NCBI GenBank assembly: GCA_903939115.1
Contig: CAJAFV010000090.1
Coordinates: 34,075 to 98,074 of the forward strand
From: an uncultured Geobacteraceae bacterium
Lineage (GTDB): Bacteria; Desulfobacterota; Desulfuromonadia; Geobacterales; Pseudopelobacteraceae
DNA length: 64,000 bases
Direction: 5' to 3'
The notes under the pieces are model-generated. The model worked only from the letters and a program-made list of their open reading frames with translations, was not told the origin of the DNA and did no database searches. Each line of letters starts with the position of its first letter. The first letter of the stretch is position 1. Below are positions 29,179 to 38,772 of this stretch, in pieces. The position numbers were made by a program, and so were the translations under genes.

Positions 29179-32100
29179 GATTTCCCCCCAATTCCTCAAA
29201 TTTATCCATGACTCGCTTCATTTCGCTGACAAGCTCATTTATAGAAAGTGGCTTTGATACATAACCATCAAATCCGACTTCCAGATAATGTTCTATATCC
29301 GCACGCATCGAAAAAGCGGTAAGTGCAATAACGGGCAGATAAAAACCGGTTTCCTGCTCTTTTTTACGAATTTCGTATAGAGCATCCTCACCATTCATGA
29401 CGGGCATCTGAATATCCATCAACAAAAGATCAAATTCAGTTTGATCCAGTATTTCAAGACATTCTCTGCCATTTTCAGCAACAGCAACATCATGCCCAAG
29501 TTTTTTTAAAAGCAACTTACCAAAGAGATTGTTGGTTGGGTCATCCTCTGCGTACAAAATCCGTAGCCGAGGTCCGTCAGAAATACAAATATGGGGTAAT
29601 TGCTCTTTAACGGATTTGTCAACTTTGTGAATGAATTTAAGTGGAAGAGTGACGGTAAAACAAGTCCCGACATCAGGGGTACTTTCAACGGCAATACTTC
29701 CTCCCATCATCTCTGTCAAGCGCAGGCTAATTGAAAGACCGAGCCCAGTACCTCCGTATTTACGGGTTGTTGAGCCGTCAGCCTGAACAAAGGGCATAAA
29801 AATTTTATCAAGAGCATCTTGTGGGATTCCAATCCCGGTGTCACTTACTGAAATTTGCAGAATGACGGAGCTATCATAGAGTTCAAGAATATGTGCTGTT
29901 ATGGTGATAGTTCCCTGTTTGGTAAACTTAACTGCATTGCCTAACAGGTTGAGGAGAATTTGTTTGATCCTCAACTGATCTCCCACCAGGATGGGGGGTA
30001 TGTCGTCTGCTATATCCACATTAAGCTTCAATTCCTTTTCGTAAAGTATAGATTTTTGCATCAGAACTAAATCCGTAATGCACTGATTGATGCTGAATTC
30101 AGTCAATTCCAACTCTATCTTTCCTGATTCAACTTTGGACAGGTCAAGGATGTCGTTAATCAAAGTGAGGAGGTTTCTACCAGAAATATTGAGAGTAGAA
30201 ATATAACTCTGCTGTTCTTCAGTCAAATCAGTCATCGCAAGCAGTTGGGTCATACCGAGAACACCGTTCATGGGGGTGCGGATTTCGTGGCTCATGTTAG
30301 CCAGGAACTCGCTCTTGGCGAGGTTGGCGGATTCGGCAGCGGCTTTGGCCTTGTGAAGTTCCTCTTCCAGTAGTTTGCGGTCGGTGATGTCATATGCCGT
30401 ACCGCTCGTGCCGACTATATTCCCGGTTTCATCGCTTATAAAAAGGGCATTAAACACCAGGTAGATTTTGTTGCCAGACTTTCCAATATGAGTGGCTTCA
30501 AAACTTTTTACTGAATTGCCTTCCATTAAACGGTCATGTTCTCTCAGACCAAGTGCGGCATCCTCAAAGGTTTGAAAGTCACTGAATTTATTTCCGATCA
30601 TTTCATCCAGTTCGTAGCCAAAGACCTGTTCCCAAGCCAGATTGAGGTAGGTATATCTTCCCTCCGTGTCACATTGCCAGATCAGATCCTGCGATGTCTC
30701 GACCAGCGAGTGATAAAGTTCCTTGGATTTTCTGAGGTTTTCTTCAGCCTGCTTGCGCTCGGCGATCTCGGCAATTAAGTCAGAATTTGTTGCGATCAAA
30801 CTGCTCGTTCGCTCCTCCACCCGCCGCTCCAGATTTTCGTTGATCTGCTGGATCTCAATAAACTGCCCAGACAGAGAATTTGCCATCTCTCTAAAATTGG
30901 TTATCAGGTGATGTGCCTCTTTAAAACCGCTCTCCGGCCAGACAAGAGAGTTACCTGCAGTTGCCAGCCTGCCCGGTAACTCGAACGTTAACGTGCGGAG
31001 CCGTGCCAACGTGACAACAATCTTGCGACTTAATAACTCAGCCAGGGCCAGTGATATAAGCAAAATCAGGAACAGCAGGGCCAACTTGCCGGTGTATTCG
31101 TCGTAAAGTCTTTTCTGAAAGGGCGCTACAGGCTGCTCCAGAATCAGTTTCCACTCTATCAGGTCACCGACAGTGGATTCCGTGACATAGAACGATTTCT
31201 TCCACTGTTCCGAGACAGGTGTGTTGGGAGGCAATGCCGGTACCCACTGACTGATCCCCTTATCAAGACTATTGAGTGTCCCCTTGCCGCGCATCAAAGG
31301 TTTCATGACCGTTTGATCGGTGCGGTTGCTCATTATGACGTTGCCGTTATTATCCAGTAGCGTGTAGAGCGATTTACTCAAATCTCCGCTCTTGTCCAGG
31401 TAATCCTGTATCTGCTGCAGGCTCAGAACTCCTGCGATATAGCCGCCGTATTCTCCACGCATGACCACCGGCGCGAGCATCATGACTTTCGGCTTGTGGA
31501 TGCCGACCTTGCCCATGACCACTTCCGAGAGCATCGGTTTGAGGGTCTGTTTGAGCCTCGGAATGAAGGGGCGGTCAGCAAAGCTCCTGCCGATGTTGTT
31601 CTGTCCAAGTTCGTCGATCAACGGGAAGTAGGCGGTGGTTGTAGCTTCTTTGTTATGCAGGCCGATTCTCTGGAGATTGACATCCGATTTACCTGCCAGT
31701 TCCAGATATGGTTGCATCTGCTGTGGTGATCTTGACGCAGACATTTCGGCCAGATTGATAATGGCGGATTTCCTGTTCTCCACCCAGGATTTCAGACTGA
31801 GAACCACGCGCTGATTATCCTCCATCAGCGCAGTGCGAATCTGGTGGTCGGTTTGGTTAAAATCGCTTCTGCTGCCAACCGCCAGCATGATAAGAGTTGG
31901 ACACAACACGAAAAAGGCCAGCAGATTGTAGACAGTCTCGCCGTACGATGTCAGAGACGAACGTGACCGGAGTGTGTAAGCGGTGAAGATCAGGCGAGCT
32001 ACCAGGGCATTGGCGATGCCGTTAACCGTCTGTTTTATCATGACGATATAGGTATTGCTGGGCGGGACGTGCATGGCGAAGTGGTAGAAAAGGTAGACGA

Positions 32101-32443
32101 GCGGCATGCCGATGATAAGCCAGTAGAGCGTGTCTGCCAGCACCATCCCGATCTTGCGGCGACTCATCAACCAACCGACGGCCGCTACTTCAGTACTCTG
32201 GATGATAATTGCGTAGGGGTGATTCCAGAGAATGTAAGTATAGCTGGCGATGACCGTAGCCGCCAGAACGCCCCGGCCAATGCCAAAGAACTGCAGCGCC
32301 AGCATGGCGAAGATGCTGCCGAAGAGGAAGTAGATATTGAGGAACATCTCGAAATTGAAATAGTTGCCAGCCAGGCCGGCGGCGATTAGGACCAGGAGGA
32401 ACGGGATACTGTACTTGTTGGGTATGGCAGTGGAAGTTGGCAC
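29162..32443 (-). CDS. membrane hybrid histidine kinase (multi-TM N-terminal domain-Cache-like periplasmic domain-TM-PAS-HisKA-HATPase-REC)
   Basis: About 6-7 N-terminal TM helices, then a ~240-aa extracytoplasmic Cache-like region, a TM helix, a PAS domain ([25 protein letters not shown]), H-box [12 protein letters not shown], HATPase motifs and a REC domain. GTG 32443 has an AGAGGA SD; the ORF can extend to TTG 32464. Confidence 0.85.
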   Translation of the reverse strand: MPTSTAIPNKYSIPFLLVLIAAGLAGNYFNFEMFLNIYFLFGSIFAMLALQFFGIGRGVLAATVIASYTYILWNHPYAIIIQSTEVAAVGWLMSRRKIGMVLADTLYWLIIGMPLVYLFYHFAMHVPPSNTYIVMIKQTVNGIANALVARLIFTAYTLRSRSSLTSYGETVYNLLAFFVLCPTLIMLAVGSRSDFNQTDHQIRTALMEDNQRVVLSLKSWVENRKSAIINLAEMSASRSPQQMQPYLELAGKSDVNLQRIGLHNKEATTTAYFPLIDELGQNNIGRSFADRPFIPRLKQTLKPMLSEVVMGKVGIHKPKVMMLAPVVMRGEYGGYIAGVLSLQQIQDYLDKSGDLSKSLYTLLDNNGNVIMSNRTDQTVMKPLMRGKGTLNSLDKGISQWVPALPPNTPVSEQWKKSFYVTESTVGDLIEWKLILEQPVAPFQKRLYDEYTGKLALLFLILLISLALAELLSRKIVVTLARLRTLTFELPGRLATAGNSLVWPESGFKEAHHLITNFREMANSLSGQFIEIQQINENLERRVEERTSSLIATNSDLIAEIAERKQAEENLRKSKELYHSLVETSQDLIWQCDTEGRYTYLNLAWEQVFGYELDEMIGNKFSDFQTFEDAALGLREHDRLMEGNSVKSFEATHIGKSGNKIYLVFNALFISDETGNIVGTSGTAYDITDRKLLEEELHKAKAAAESANLAKSEFLANMSHEIRTPMNGVLGMTQLLAMTDLTEEQQSYISTLNISGRNLLTLINDILDLSKVESGKIELELTEFSINQCITDLVLMQKSILYEKELKLNVDIADDIPPILVGDQLRIKQILLNLLGNAVKFTKQGTITITAHILELYDSSVILQISVSDTGIGIPQDALDKIFMPFVQADGSTTRKYGGTGLGLSISLRLTEMMGGSIAVESTPDVGTCFTVTLPLKFIHKVDKSVKEQLPHICISDGPRLRILYAEDDPTNNLFGKLLLKKLGHDVAVAENGRECLEILDQTEFDLLLMDIQMPVMNGEDALYEIRKKEQETGFYLPVIALTAFSMRADIEHYLEVGFDGYVSKPLSINELVSEMKRVMDKFEELGGNREETL

Positions 32444-32522
32444 GGGATGTCCTCTTGAAGACAAAAAAACCGCTGCACGGAAAACTCAGCAACATCGGCT
32501 TGTAATGGGTTATTCAGAATAA

Positions 32523-32789
32523 TTATTGACGGTAGTATTTGTCAGATGTTTTTTCTGTCAGCCTGGAGGTTGGTGGCCATGAGGTTGTTAACTGGCTCAG
32601 GAGGAGGTCGGGTCGTACGCCAGATATCATCAACCCTTCGGCACCGGAACCGGCGGATACAACCTGAAACGGTTCACTGCTGAAGCAGCGTTTCAGAGCC
32701 TGCAGGATATGCGGTTCATCATCAACGACGACAACGGTATACTGCTTCATGCCGGTATCGGCGCCAATTGTATTGTTTTGTTCACTCAA
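32523..32789 (-). pseudogene. truncated copy of the REC-PAS kinase 5' end
   Basis: (L)SEQNNTIGADTGMKQYTVVVVDDEPHILQALKRCF..GSGAEGL matches the N-terminus of 26497..28572. It then diverges after about 45 REC residues and stops. Confidence 0.7.
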
Positions 32790-33008
32790 TGGGAGGCTCC
32801 TCCCGGGACGGTACAGGTATGGCGGTCCCGAAAATTCACGAGTATTAGTCGGCTTGGAAACCATTCGGCAAATTATATCAGGTTGCAGAAGTCGCTGTCT
32901 ATTAGGGGAAACCACTAGAAACGACTTTATGGGGGTGATTTTAAACGCATTAATTATGTTAAATCGGCGGAGAGGAGTCGTAAGAGGGGATACGTCGTGC
33001 AGTAATAA
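32790..33008 (-). repeat. copy 2 of the promoter/leader module
   Basis: Same block order as copies 1 and 3, and the invariant ctgtctattaggggaaaccactagaaac is present. Confidence 0.85.
32872..32901 (-). promoter_or_regulatory. predicted sigma-70 promoter, module copy 2
   Basis: On the minus strand: TAGACA, 18-nt spacer, TATAAT. The GTTTC-N5-GTTTC repeat lies at 32908-32922. Confidence 0.5.
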
Positions 33009-33056
33009 CCACTAAAAAGCTTTATGGTTCACCCAAAAAGGTATTATTGTTTTAGA

Positions 33057-33278
33057 TTAGAACTGCGCTTCAGTCATCTTGGCCGCTTTGTAGTAGATGC
33101 AACCAGATTTAGCGCACTGCTGTTCGTGAGTAAGTTCACTAAATATTTTTCTCACAAGTTGAACGCCAGCATAGTTGCATAAAGTATCTTCTGTTTCCCA
33201 ACATCTCTTATCGTCCTGTCGACCCCTCATTTTGCAATTCTTCTCTTTACAGACCAGGTACTCATAGCAGGCTTCCAT
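33057..33278 (-). CDS. Cys-rich mini-protein, two-CW-like
   Basis: 73 aa from ATG 33278, which has a GGAGG SD. It has two C(Y/W)E motifs: EACYEYLVCKEKNC and KRCWETEDTLC, plus C..GC. The longer 117-aa ORF lacks an SD. Confidence 0.55.
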   Translation of the reverse strand: MEACYEYLVCKEKNCKMRGRQDDKRCWETEDTLCNYAGVQLVRKIFSELTHEQQCAKSGCIYYKAAKMTEAQF

Positions 33279-33464
33279 AATGTACCTCCATCCAAATTTT
33301 GAAATAGAATTGCGTCTAAGGGTATAACCGGATCTTGTCGGAAATTCCGCAATAGCGCTCCGGGGCCATGCACCATCTTCGGCTGACAGGAATGACCCTG
33401 GAGCATTCACGCTCGGAATGTTGTTCTTCGGTCACTGACGATATTGGCGTCGCCGGCATAGAGG

Positions 33465-34025
33465 TTATTGCGCCGAGTGTCTACCAGACTGGACATGACA
33501 CCCGCCTGACTCCGGGGTACATAGCGTGCAGAACTTTTTCTTAGGACTCTGTCTGCTGTTGCATAGGATGTGTGACGGTAAAAACCGGGGGTCTGAACTT
33601 TGCGCCGGTATGGGCGGAGACCTCCTGCACGTGATTATGCCGCTGCTGACAATAGAGTCGTAAATTTCATTCCTGTTGTAAGGTTTGCTGATATGATCCT
33701 CGGCATCAAGCTCTACAGTCGTTTTGATGACGGTCTCTGTATCAGTGTCGCTCGTAGCCATTATAATAATCGACCTATGGTCTGTATCCTCCTCTATGCG
33801 CCTGATCCGCCTCAGTACTTCAAGACCATCCATTCCCGGCATGGCGATATCGAGGAACACGGCGCTGTAAGGAATCCCATGCAGAGCCTCTTCATAAAGA
33901 TCTAAAGCCTCCACGCCATCATACGCAGTATCAACACGTATAAGACCTTCTTCCGAAAGGATCAGTGCCAGGAGAGCAGCATTCATCTCATTGTCATCTA
34001 CAATGAGAACTTTGGGGTTAATCAT
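33465..34025 (-). CDS. stand-alone receiver response regulator (paralog of 19654..20112)
   Basis: REC motifs are present (VLIVDDNE, VFLDIAMPGMDG, IIIMATS, SKP). GAGGAA SD. The C-terminal tail is about 34 aa longer than in the paralog, so the true end is uncertain. Confidence 0.85.
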   Translation of the reverse strand: MINPKVLIVDDNEMNAALLALILSEEGLIRVDTAYDGVEALDLYEEALHGIPYSAVFLDIAMPGMDGLEVLRRIRRIEEDTDHRSIIIMATSDTDTETVIKTTVELDAEDHISKPYNRNEIYDSIVSSGIITCRRSPPIPAQSSDPRFLPSHILCNSRQSPKKKFCTLCTPESGGCHVQSGRHSAQ

Positions 34026-34176
34026 CGTTATTCCTCACAGTACCGGTTAATTGCGACGATCGTTTTCGGTCGACTTGAGAGTGTCTCTCTCCAGCAACCT
34101 ATTCGCACAGTCGAATATTTGCTCCATCATAACCTTGCCGTTCATTCCCGGCATGACGTGGTCAGTTAAAACCAGA
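34026..34176 (-). pseudogene. chimeric remnant: receiver fragment joined to the tail of a hybrid kinase
   Basis: It reads LDLVLTDHVMPGMNGKVMMEQIFDCANRLLERDTLKSTENDRRN. The last 22 aa match the C-terminus of 20267..22726 ([21 protein letters not shown]). It is out of frame with the kinase upstream. Confidence 0.6.
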
Positions 34177-35055
34177 TCAAGCGGTATTTCCCTTCATGGG
34201 TAGTGTAAACCAAAATATCGCTCCTTTTTCAGGGGCATTCTCGACATCAATTTTGCCGCCATGTGCCAGAATTATCTTTTTGGCTATTGAGAGTCCGAGT
34301 CCGGTGCTTTTTTCTCCTGCGGTCGGTTTTGCACTCAGTTTCTGAAACTCACCAAACATATTTTTCTGGTCCTCCGGAGAAATGCCCGGCCCTTCATCCC
34401 TGACACTGACTCTGGCCACATTGCCTGCAGTTTCCAGCAAAACATGGATCGCCGATTCAGGTTGAGAAAATTTGACCGCATTGCTTATCAGGTTGTCGAT
34501 CACCTGTGAGACCCTGGCGGCATCAAATTCGAATTCCGGGACTTCCTGTAAAACCATATTTATTTTGATATCTTTTTTGTCCGCTATGATTTGAGTGAGA
34601 CTAATCCGTTCTTTGACAAGATTATAGAGCGACCCCTCTATCTGTCTGATATCAAGCTTACCGCTCTCAATAGCTGAAATATCCAACAGGTCATTCAAAA
34701 GTGCAAGCATCTGTTCACTGGCAGAATACATCATGGCGATGAAATCTTTCTGTTCATCATTTAGCGGTCCCATGGATTCATCCAGAAGCATCTCGGTTAA
34801 ACCGAGAATCGATGAGAGCGGATTTCTCAAATCATGTGCGGCAATCCCCAGAAATTTGTTTTTAAGATTGTTAAGTTCAACAAGTTTTTTTTCAGAATCA
34901 GAATATTTAAGTAGCAACGTTTTCATAAGCTTCCGATTTATCTCGGAATCTTTTTCCCTGGCGCTAAATCCAAGAATTTTCACCAGTATCTCGGCGGGAT
35001 TGCTGCGATCGTTCTGGTTTTGCAATAAATCCATAACCAGTCGATTTGTTTTCAT
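34177..35055 (-). CDS. cytoplasmic histidine kinase without recognizable sensor domain
   Basis: 292 aa. H-box GIAAHDLRNPLSSI. HATPase motifs (SNAVKFS, DEGPGI, STGLGLS). Only a ~65-aa helical N-terminus precedes the transmitter. The start overlaps the upstream stop as ATGA. Confidence 0.88.
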   Translation of the reverse strand: MKTNRLVMDLLQNQNDRSNPAEILVKILGFSAREKDSEINRKLMKTLLLKYSDSEKKLVELNNLKNKFLGIAAHDLRNPLSSILGLTEMLLDESMGPLNDEQKDFIAMMYSASEQMLALLNDLLDISAIESGKLDIRQIEGSLYNLVKERISLTQIIADKKDIKINMVLQEVPEFEFDAARVSQVIDNLISNAVKFSQPESAIHVLLETAGNVARVSVRDEGPGISPEDQKNMFGEFQKLSAKPTAGEKSTGLGLSIAKKIILAHGGKIDVENAPEKGAIFWFTLPMKGNTA

Positions 35056-35870
35056 AGTATGCCATCGATTCCGACATCGGCCAGCTTGGCCAGTGTATCT
35101 TGAATAAATTCGATATCATTAAGATTGCAAATAACTCCGCCATGCTGAGGGGCGATAGTCTCATAAGGAATATCCGTCAGTTGCTTCAGGGCATACCTCA
35201 ATGCTTTTGTTGAAGTCATGATTTTTTGATGAAATTTCATGATGTCCTTGACGGGGCAATCCTTTTTGTTTGACGGGCAACAGCTATAATCCCTGCACTC
35301 CCTGCATTCTGGCCATAGTGATAAAAAGAGATTCCATTCCTTCGCGTAACTGCCGAACAGGTCGCTGGTAAACAGTACCCTGCTCTTCTCGTCAAAAGTG
35401 ACAAAACTCCCGGGGGAGTGGGCATACGGGGTTTTAATAAATTTGAGTTTTCTTCCTGAACTGAAAATAAACTCGGAATTGACTTTCTCGAGACTCAAGA
35501 GAGGTGCCGTTACTAAATAATGCCGGATGAAGATATTATTCTCTCTGTCAGAAATAATTTTAAGGTCGTCCCCCTTGTCAATGATGCTTTCAAAGTTCGG
35601 GATACTCCCGCAGAGGTCAGGATCATAATGCTGATAAATCAGCGCATTAATCGAAGCGGGATTTGTCCCGGTCTGCATGATTTTCATCATGACCGTCGGA
35701 AAATCAGGGCGACTCCCCCCATCGATGACAACCGCCTCATCACCATCTACAACCAGGTAGGGATTGCAGTGGAGGCCTGACAGCAGATCGCAAAATCCGA
35801 TCCAATAGACACCTTCTCCGATCTGGATCGGTCGTTCATAGTCAAAACTGGTTTGTAAATCAAAGGCCAT
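35052..35870 (-). CDS. metallo-beta-lactamase-fold, ODP/flavodiiron-core-like di-iron protein with Cys-rich insert
   Basis: Its order of motifs resembles the FDP/ODP ligand set: QHYDPD, TPYAHSPGS, LFTSDLFG, APQHGG. An insert reads CRECRDYSCCPSNKKDC. ATG 35870 has an AGGGGTGGG SD; the longer start at 35927 would overlap the kinase upstream. Confidence 0.7.
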   Translation of the reverse strand: MAFDLQTSFDYERPIQIGEGVYWIGFCDLLSGLHCNPYLVVDGDEAVVIDGGSRPDFPTVMMKIMQTGTNPASINALIYQHYDPDLCGSIPNFESIIDKGDDLKIISDRENNIFIRHYLVTAPLLSLEKVNSEFIFSSGRKLKFIKTPYAHSPGSFVTFDEKSRVLFTSDLFGSYAKEWNLFLSLWPECRECRDYSCCPSNKKDCPVKDIMKFHQKIMTSTKALRYALKQLTDIPYETIAPQHGGVICNLNDIEFIQDTLAKLADVGIDGIL

Positions 35871-35890
35871 AAAACACCCACCCCTTTTGC

Positions 35891-38542
35891 TTAATTTCCT
35901 CGGCTCTCCAGCAACCCACCAGCACATTCCAGCAGTGTTACTTTCAGCTTTGTTCTGGAGAGAGTCTTCGTTTCATATTTCATAACTCCTATGTCATCAC
36001 ATTGATTTGTGCTATCAGATCTCTCAAGGGCCGACAAGATAATTGCCGGGATTGTAGCATTTGAGGTGTACACATGCTTCAACATTTCCAGTCCATCCAT
36101 CACCGGCATCGTGATGTCGGTGATGATAATATCAGGCCGGTGCTCGTTGTAAGCGGCCAAGCCTTCAGCACCATCTTTTGCGGTTATTAATGTGCCTACA
36201 AGACTAGATAGGAACAGACTGTACATCTCCCGTGTTGACTCGTCATCTTCAACGTATAAAACGGTAAGGCGACTCAGTATATCCGGATTCTGGTCGCCAA
36301 CTTCAATGGTTTTTCTCTGTAACAGTCTGGCCGGTGAAAGCCATTTTTCAAGGACGGCAGCAAGCACCTCTTTTTTCACCGGTTTTGCCAAATAGTCGTC
36401 CATACCGGCTTCAAGACACTTTTCACGATCCTTCGGCATGACATTGGCGGTCATAGCGATGACCGGCACGTTATGGTTGAGAACCCCTGAACTTTGGTCG
36501 CGGATAACTCCAGTCGCTTCATAACCGTTCATGTTCGGCATCATGCAGTCCATCAGCACCAGATCATAGTCAATCATCGTCAGTGCCTCCACCGCTTCTT
36601 TACCGTCTGCAACTACGTCAGCGGTGTATCCCAGTGTTTTCAGTAGATGGAGAGCTACTTTTTGATTGATACTGTTGTCTTCGGCCAATAGGATACGTGC
36701 GGTGAGATCGTTTAAGCTTTCAACAGCGCGAGGTACGACGGACTGCGCATGAGCAACGGCCTCCTGAGCGGCTTTCAAAGAGTCAGCACCTTGCTTTTTA
36801 AGCCGGACAGTAAACCAGAAGGTTGAGCCTTTCCCCTCTTCACTGGTAACGCCGATTTCGCCACCCATAAGCCCTGTCAGTTGTTTACAGATGGCCAACC
36901 CCAGACCAGTGCCGCCGTATTTGCGGGTGGTAGAGGCATCCACCTGGGTGAAGGGGGCAAAGATGGCGCTAAGGCGGGACTCCGGTATGCCAATGCCGGT
37001 GTCACTAATTGCGAACCGGATTATAGCAGTGTCATCTTGATCTGATACAAGTGATGCAATGACGGCAACTGAGCCTTGCTCGGTGAACTTCAGGGCGTTG
37101 CCGACCAGATTGGTGATAACCTGTCTGACTCTGCCGGGGTCGCCTGTCAGAACCGTCGGCATACCAGGCTCAATGGTGTAGGTTAGCGCAATCCCGGCTT
37201 CATCGGCTCGATAAGCCAATAACCGGTTGATATCGTCCAATATCAGCCGTAGATCGAAGTGGACCCTCTCAAGTTCAAACCTGCCGGACTCAAATTTGGA
37301 AAAATCAAGGATTTCATCGATCAATGTCATCAGATTTTCACCAGACATGGAGATAATCTCAGCATACTCTCGCTGCTCTGCGTCCAGATCGGTTTCCAAA
37401 AGAAGGCCGGACATGCTAATCACCCCATTCATCGGAGTGCGGATTTCATGACTCATGCAGGCCAAAAATTCGCCCTTGGCGGAGTTGGCGCGATCAGCCA
37501 TCTGCTTTGATTCGATAAGCAGGTGATTGGTTTTGTGAACGTCTTTCTCTGCCTCTATCATTTTTCCCTGCTTTTCGATCAGGAGTTCGTTTTGTTCTCC
37601 AAGTTCGATCTGTTGCGCTCGAAGCTCCTCGTTCTGGGCCGCAATCTCTTCCGTAGCGTTTTGCAGTTCCACTTCAACCGTCTTGCGTACGGTGATGTCT
37701 TCCATGGCAAGAAGGATAATATGTGAGCCGATGTCCCCCCGGAAAATCTGCCGGGCGTTGAGCAGGATGGTCTTTCTGCCGATATTGAGAAAATCATGAT
37801 CAACTTCATAGCCGTTTAATACTTTTTTCTGAGGAAGAATTTCTTCCAGAAGGATCCGCAGCTGGGGGATATCCCATTGCCGGTTACCGAGGTCATAGAT
37901 GAAATGTCCGATTGTCTCCTCGGGTGACACTTTGAAGGTATCGTAGAAGTTGTGGTTGACTCTGAGAACCTTTAGTTCGGAATCGAGCACCAGCATCGGT
38001 TCTCGCACGGTTTCCACGATGCTCTCGGCGTATTCCAGGGCATCCTGAACTTTTATTTCAATTTGCTTGCGTACAGTGATGTCTTCCATGGCAAGAAGGA
38101 TAATGTGTGAACCTATATTCTCCCGGAAAATCTGCCGGGCATTGAGCAGGATGTTCTTACGCCCGATTTTGGGGAAATCATGCTCGACTTCATAGTCGTT
38201 TAATACTTTTTTCTGAGGAAGAATTTCTTCCAGAAGAACACGTAGTTGGGGGATATCCCATTGCCGGTTACCGAGGTCATAGATGAAACGCCCGATAGTC
38301 TCTTCAGGCGATACTTTGAAGACCTCATAGAAGTTGCGGTTTGCCGTGAGAATTTTCAGCTCGGAATCCAGCACCAGCAGCGGTTCTCGCACGGTTTCTA
38401 CAATGTTCTCGGCGTATTCCCTGGCATCGTTAAGCCGGTTATTATTTTCTGTCAGTTGACAGCGCAGTTCCCGTAATTCGGCATTTTTCTGATCGATAAT
38501 CTCTTGCAGATCAGCACCAATCGTATTGCTTTGCTCACTCAT
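35891..38542 (-). CDS. hybrid histidine kinase (PAS-PAS-coiled coil-HisKA-HATPase-REC-REC), chimeric paralog
   Basis: ATG with a GGGAGG SD. Two tandem PAS domains are followed by H-box [12 protein letters not shown]. The C-terminal ~560 aa are about 80% identical to 20267..22726. The N-terminal PAS is about 85% identical to the PAS of 26497..28572. Confidence 0.9.
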   Translation of the reverse strand: MSEQSNTIGADLQEIIDQKNAELRELRCQLTENNNRLNDAREYAENIVETVREPLLVLDSELKILTANRNFYEVFKVSPEETIGRFIYDLGNRQWDIPQLRVLLEEILPQKKVLNDYEVEHDFPKIGRKNILLNARQIFRENIGSHIILLAMEDITVRKQIEIKVQDALEYAESIVETVREPMLVLDSELKVLRVNHNFYDTFKVSPEETIGHFIYDLGNRQWDIPQLRILLEEILPQKKVLNGYEVDHDFLNIGRKTILLNARQIFRGDIGSHIILLAMEDITVRKTVEVELQNATEEIAAQNEELRAQQIELGEQNELLIEKQGKMIEAEKDVHKTNHLLIESKQMADRANSAKGEFLACMSHEIRTPMNGVISMSGLLLETDLDAEQREYAEIISMSGENLMTLIDEILDFSKFESGRFELERVHFDLRLILDDINRLLAYRADEAGIALTYTIEPGMPTVLTGDPGRVRQVITNLVGNALKFTEQGSVAVIASLVSDQDDTAIIRFAISDTGIGIPESRLSAIFAPFTQVDASTTRKYGGTGLGLAICKQLTGLMGGEIGVTSEEGKGSTFWFTVRLKKQGADSLKAAQEAVAHAQSVVPRAVESLNDLTARILLAEDNSINQKVALHLLKTLGYTADVVADGKEAVEALTMIDYDLVLMDCMMPNMNGYEATGVIRDQSSGVLNHNVPVIAMTANVMPKDREKCLEAGMDDYLAKPVKKEVLAAVLEKWLSPARLLQRKTIEVGDQNPDILSRLTVLYVEDDESTREMYSLFLSSLVGTLITAKDGAEGLAAYNEHRPDIIITDITMPVMDGLEMLKHVYTSNATIPAIILSALERSDSTNQCDDIGVMKYETKTLSRTKLKVTLLECAGGLLESRGN
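37682..38425 (-). repeat. internal tandem duplication (2 x 384 bp) encoding two PAS modules
   Basis: Residues 40-159 and 168-287 of the 883-aa kinase are about 85% identical (18 differences in 120 positions by eye). Confidence 0.9.
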
Positions 38543-38772
38543 TGGGGGCCTCCCAGGATGGGTACAGTTGTTTCAGACTCGATAATTCACCGGTATTGAT
38601 CAGCTTGGATACTATTTGGCACATTGTATAGGTTGCAGGATTTGCTGTCTATTAGGGGAAACCACTAGAAACGGCTTTATTGGGTGAATATAAACGCATT
38701 AATGTGGTGAAATCGGCGGTGAGGAGTCGTGAGAGGGGATACGTCGTGCAGTAAAAAACGCTATTTTTGCCC
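38543..38772 (-). repeat. copy 3 of the promoter/leader module
   Basis: About 90% identical to copy 1. It runs from the kinase start codon to the stop of the LuxR regulator gene. Confidence 0.9.
38623..38651 (-). promoter_or_regulatory. predicted sigma-70 promoter, module copy 3
   Basis: On the minus strand: TAGACA, 17-nt spacer, TACAAT. The GTTTC-N5-GTTTC repeat lies at 38658-38672. Confidence 0.5.

Noticed and set aside
35871-35927. A longer start (35927) for the ODP-like gene.
   Set aside because: It would overlap the last 37 nt of the upstream kinase and add a non-conserved Cys/Trp-rich peptide. ATG 35870 has a strong SD.
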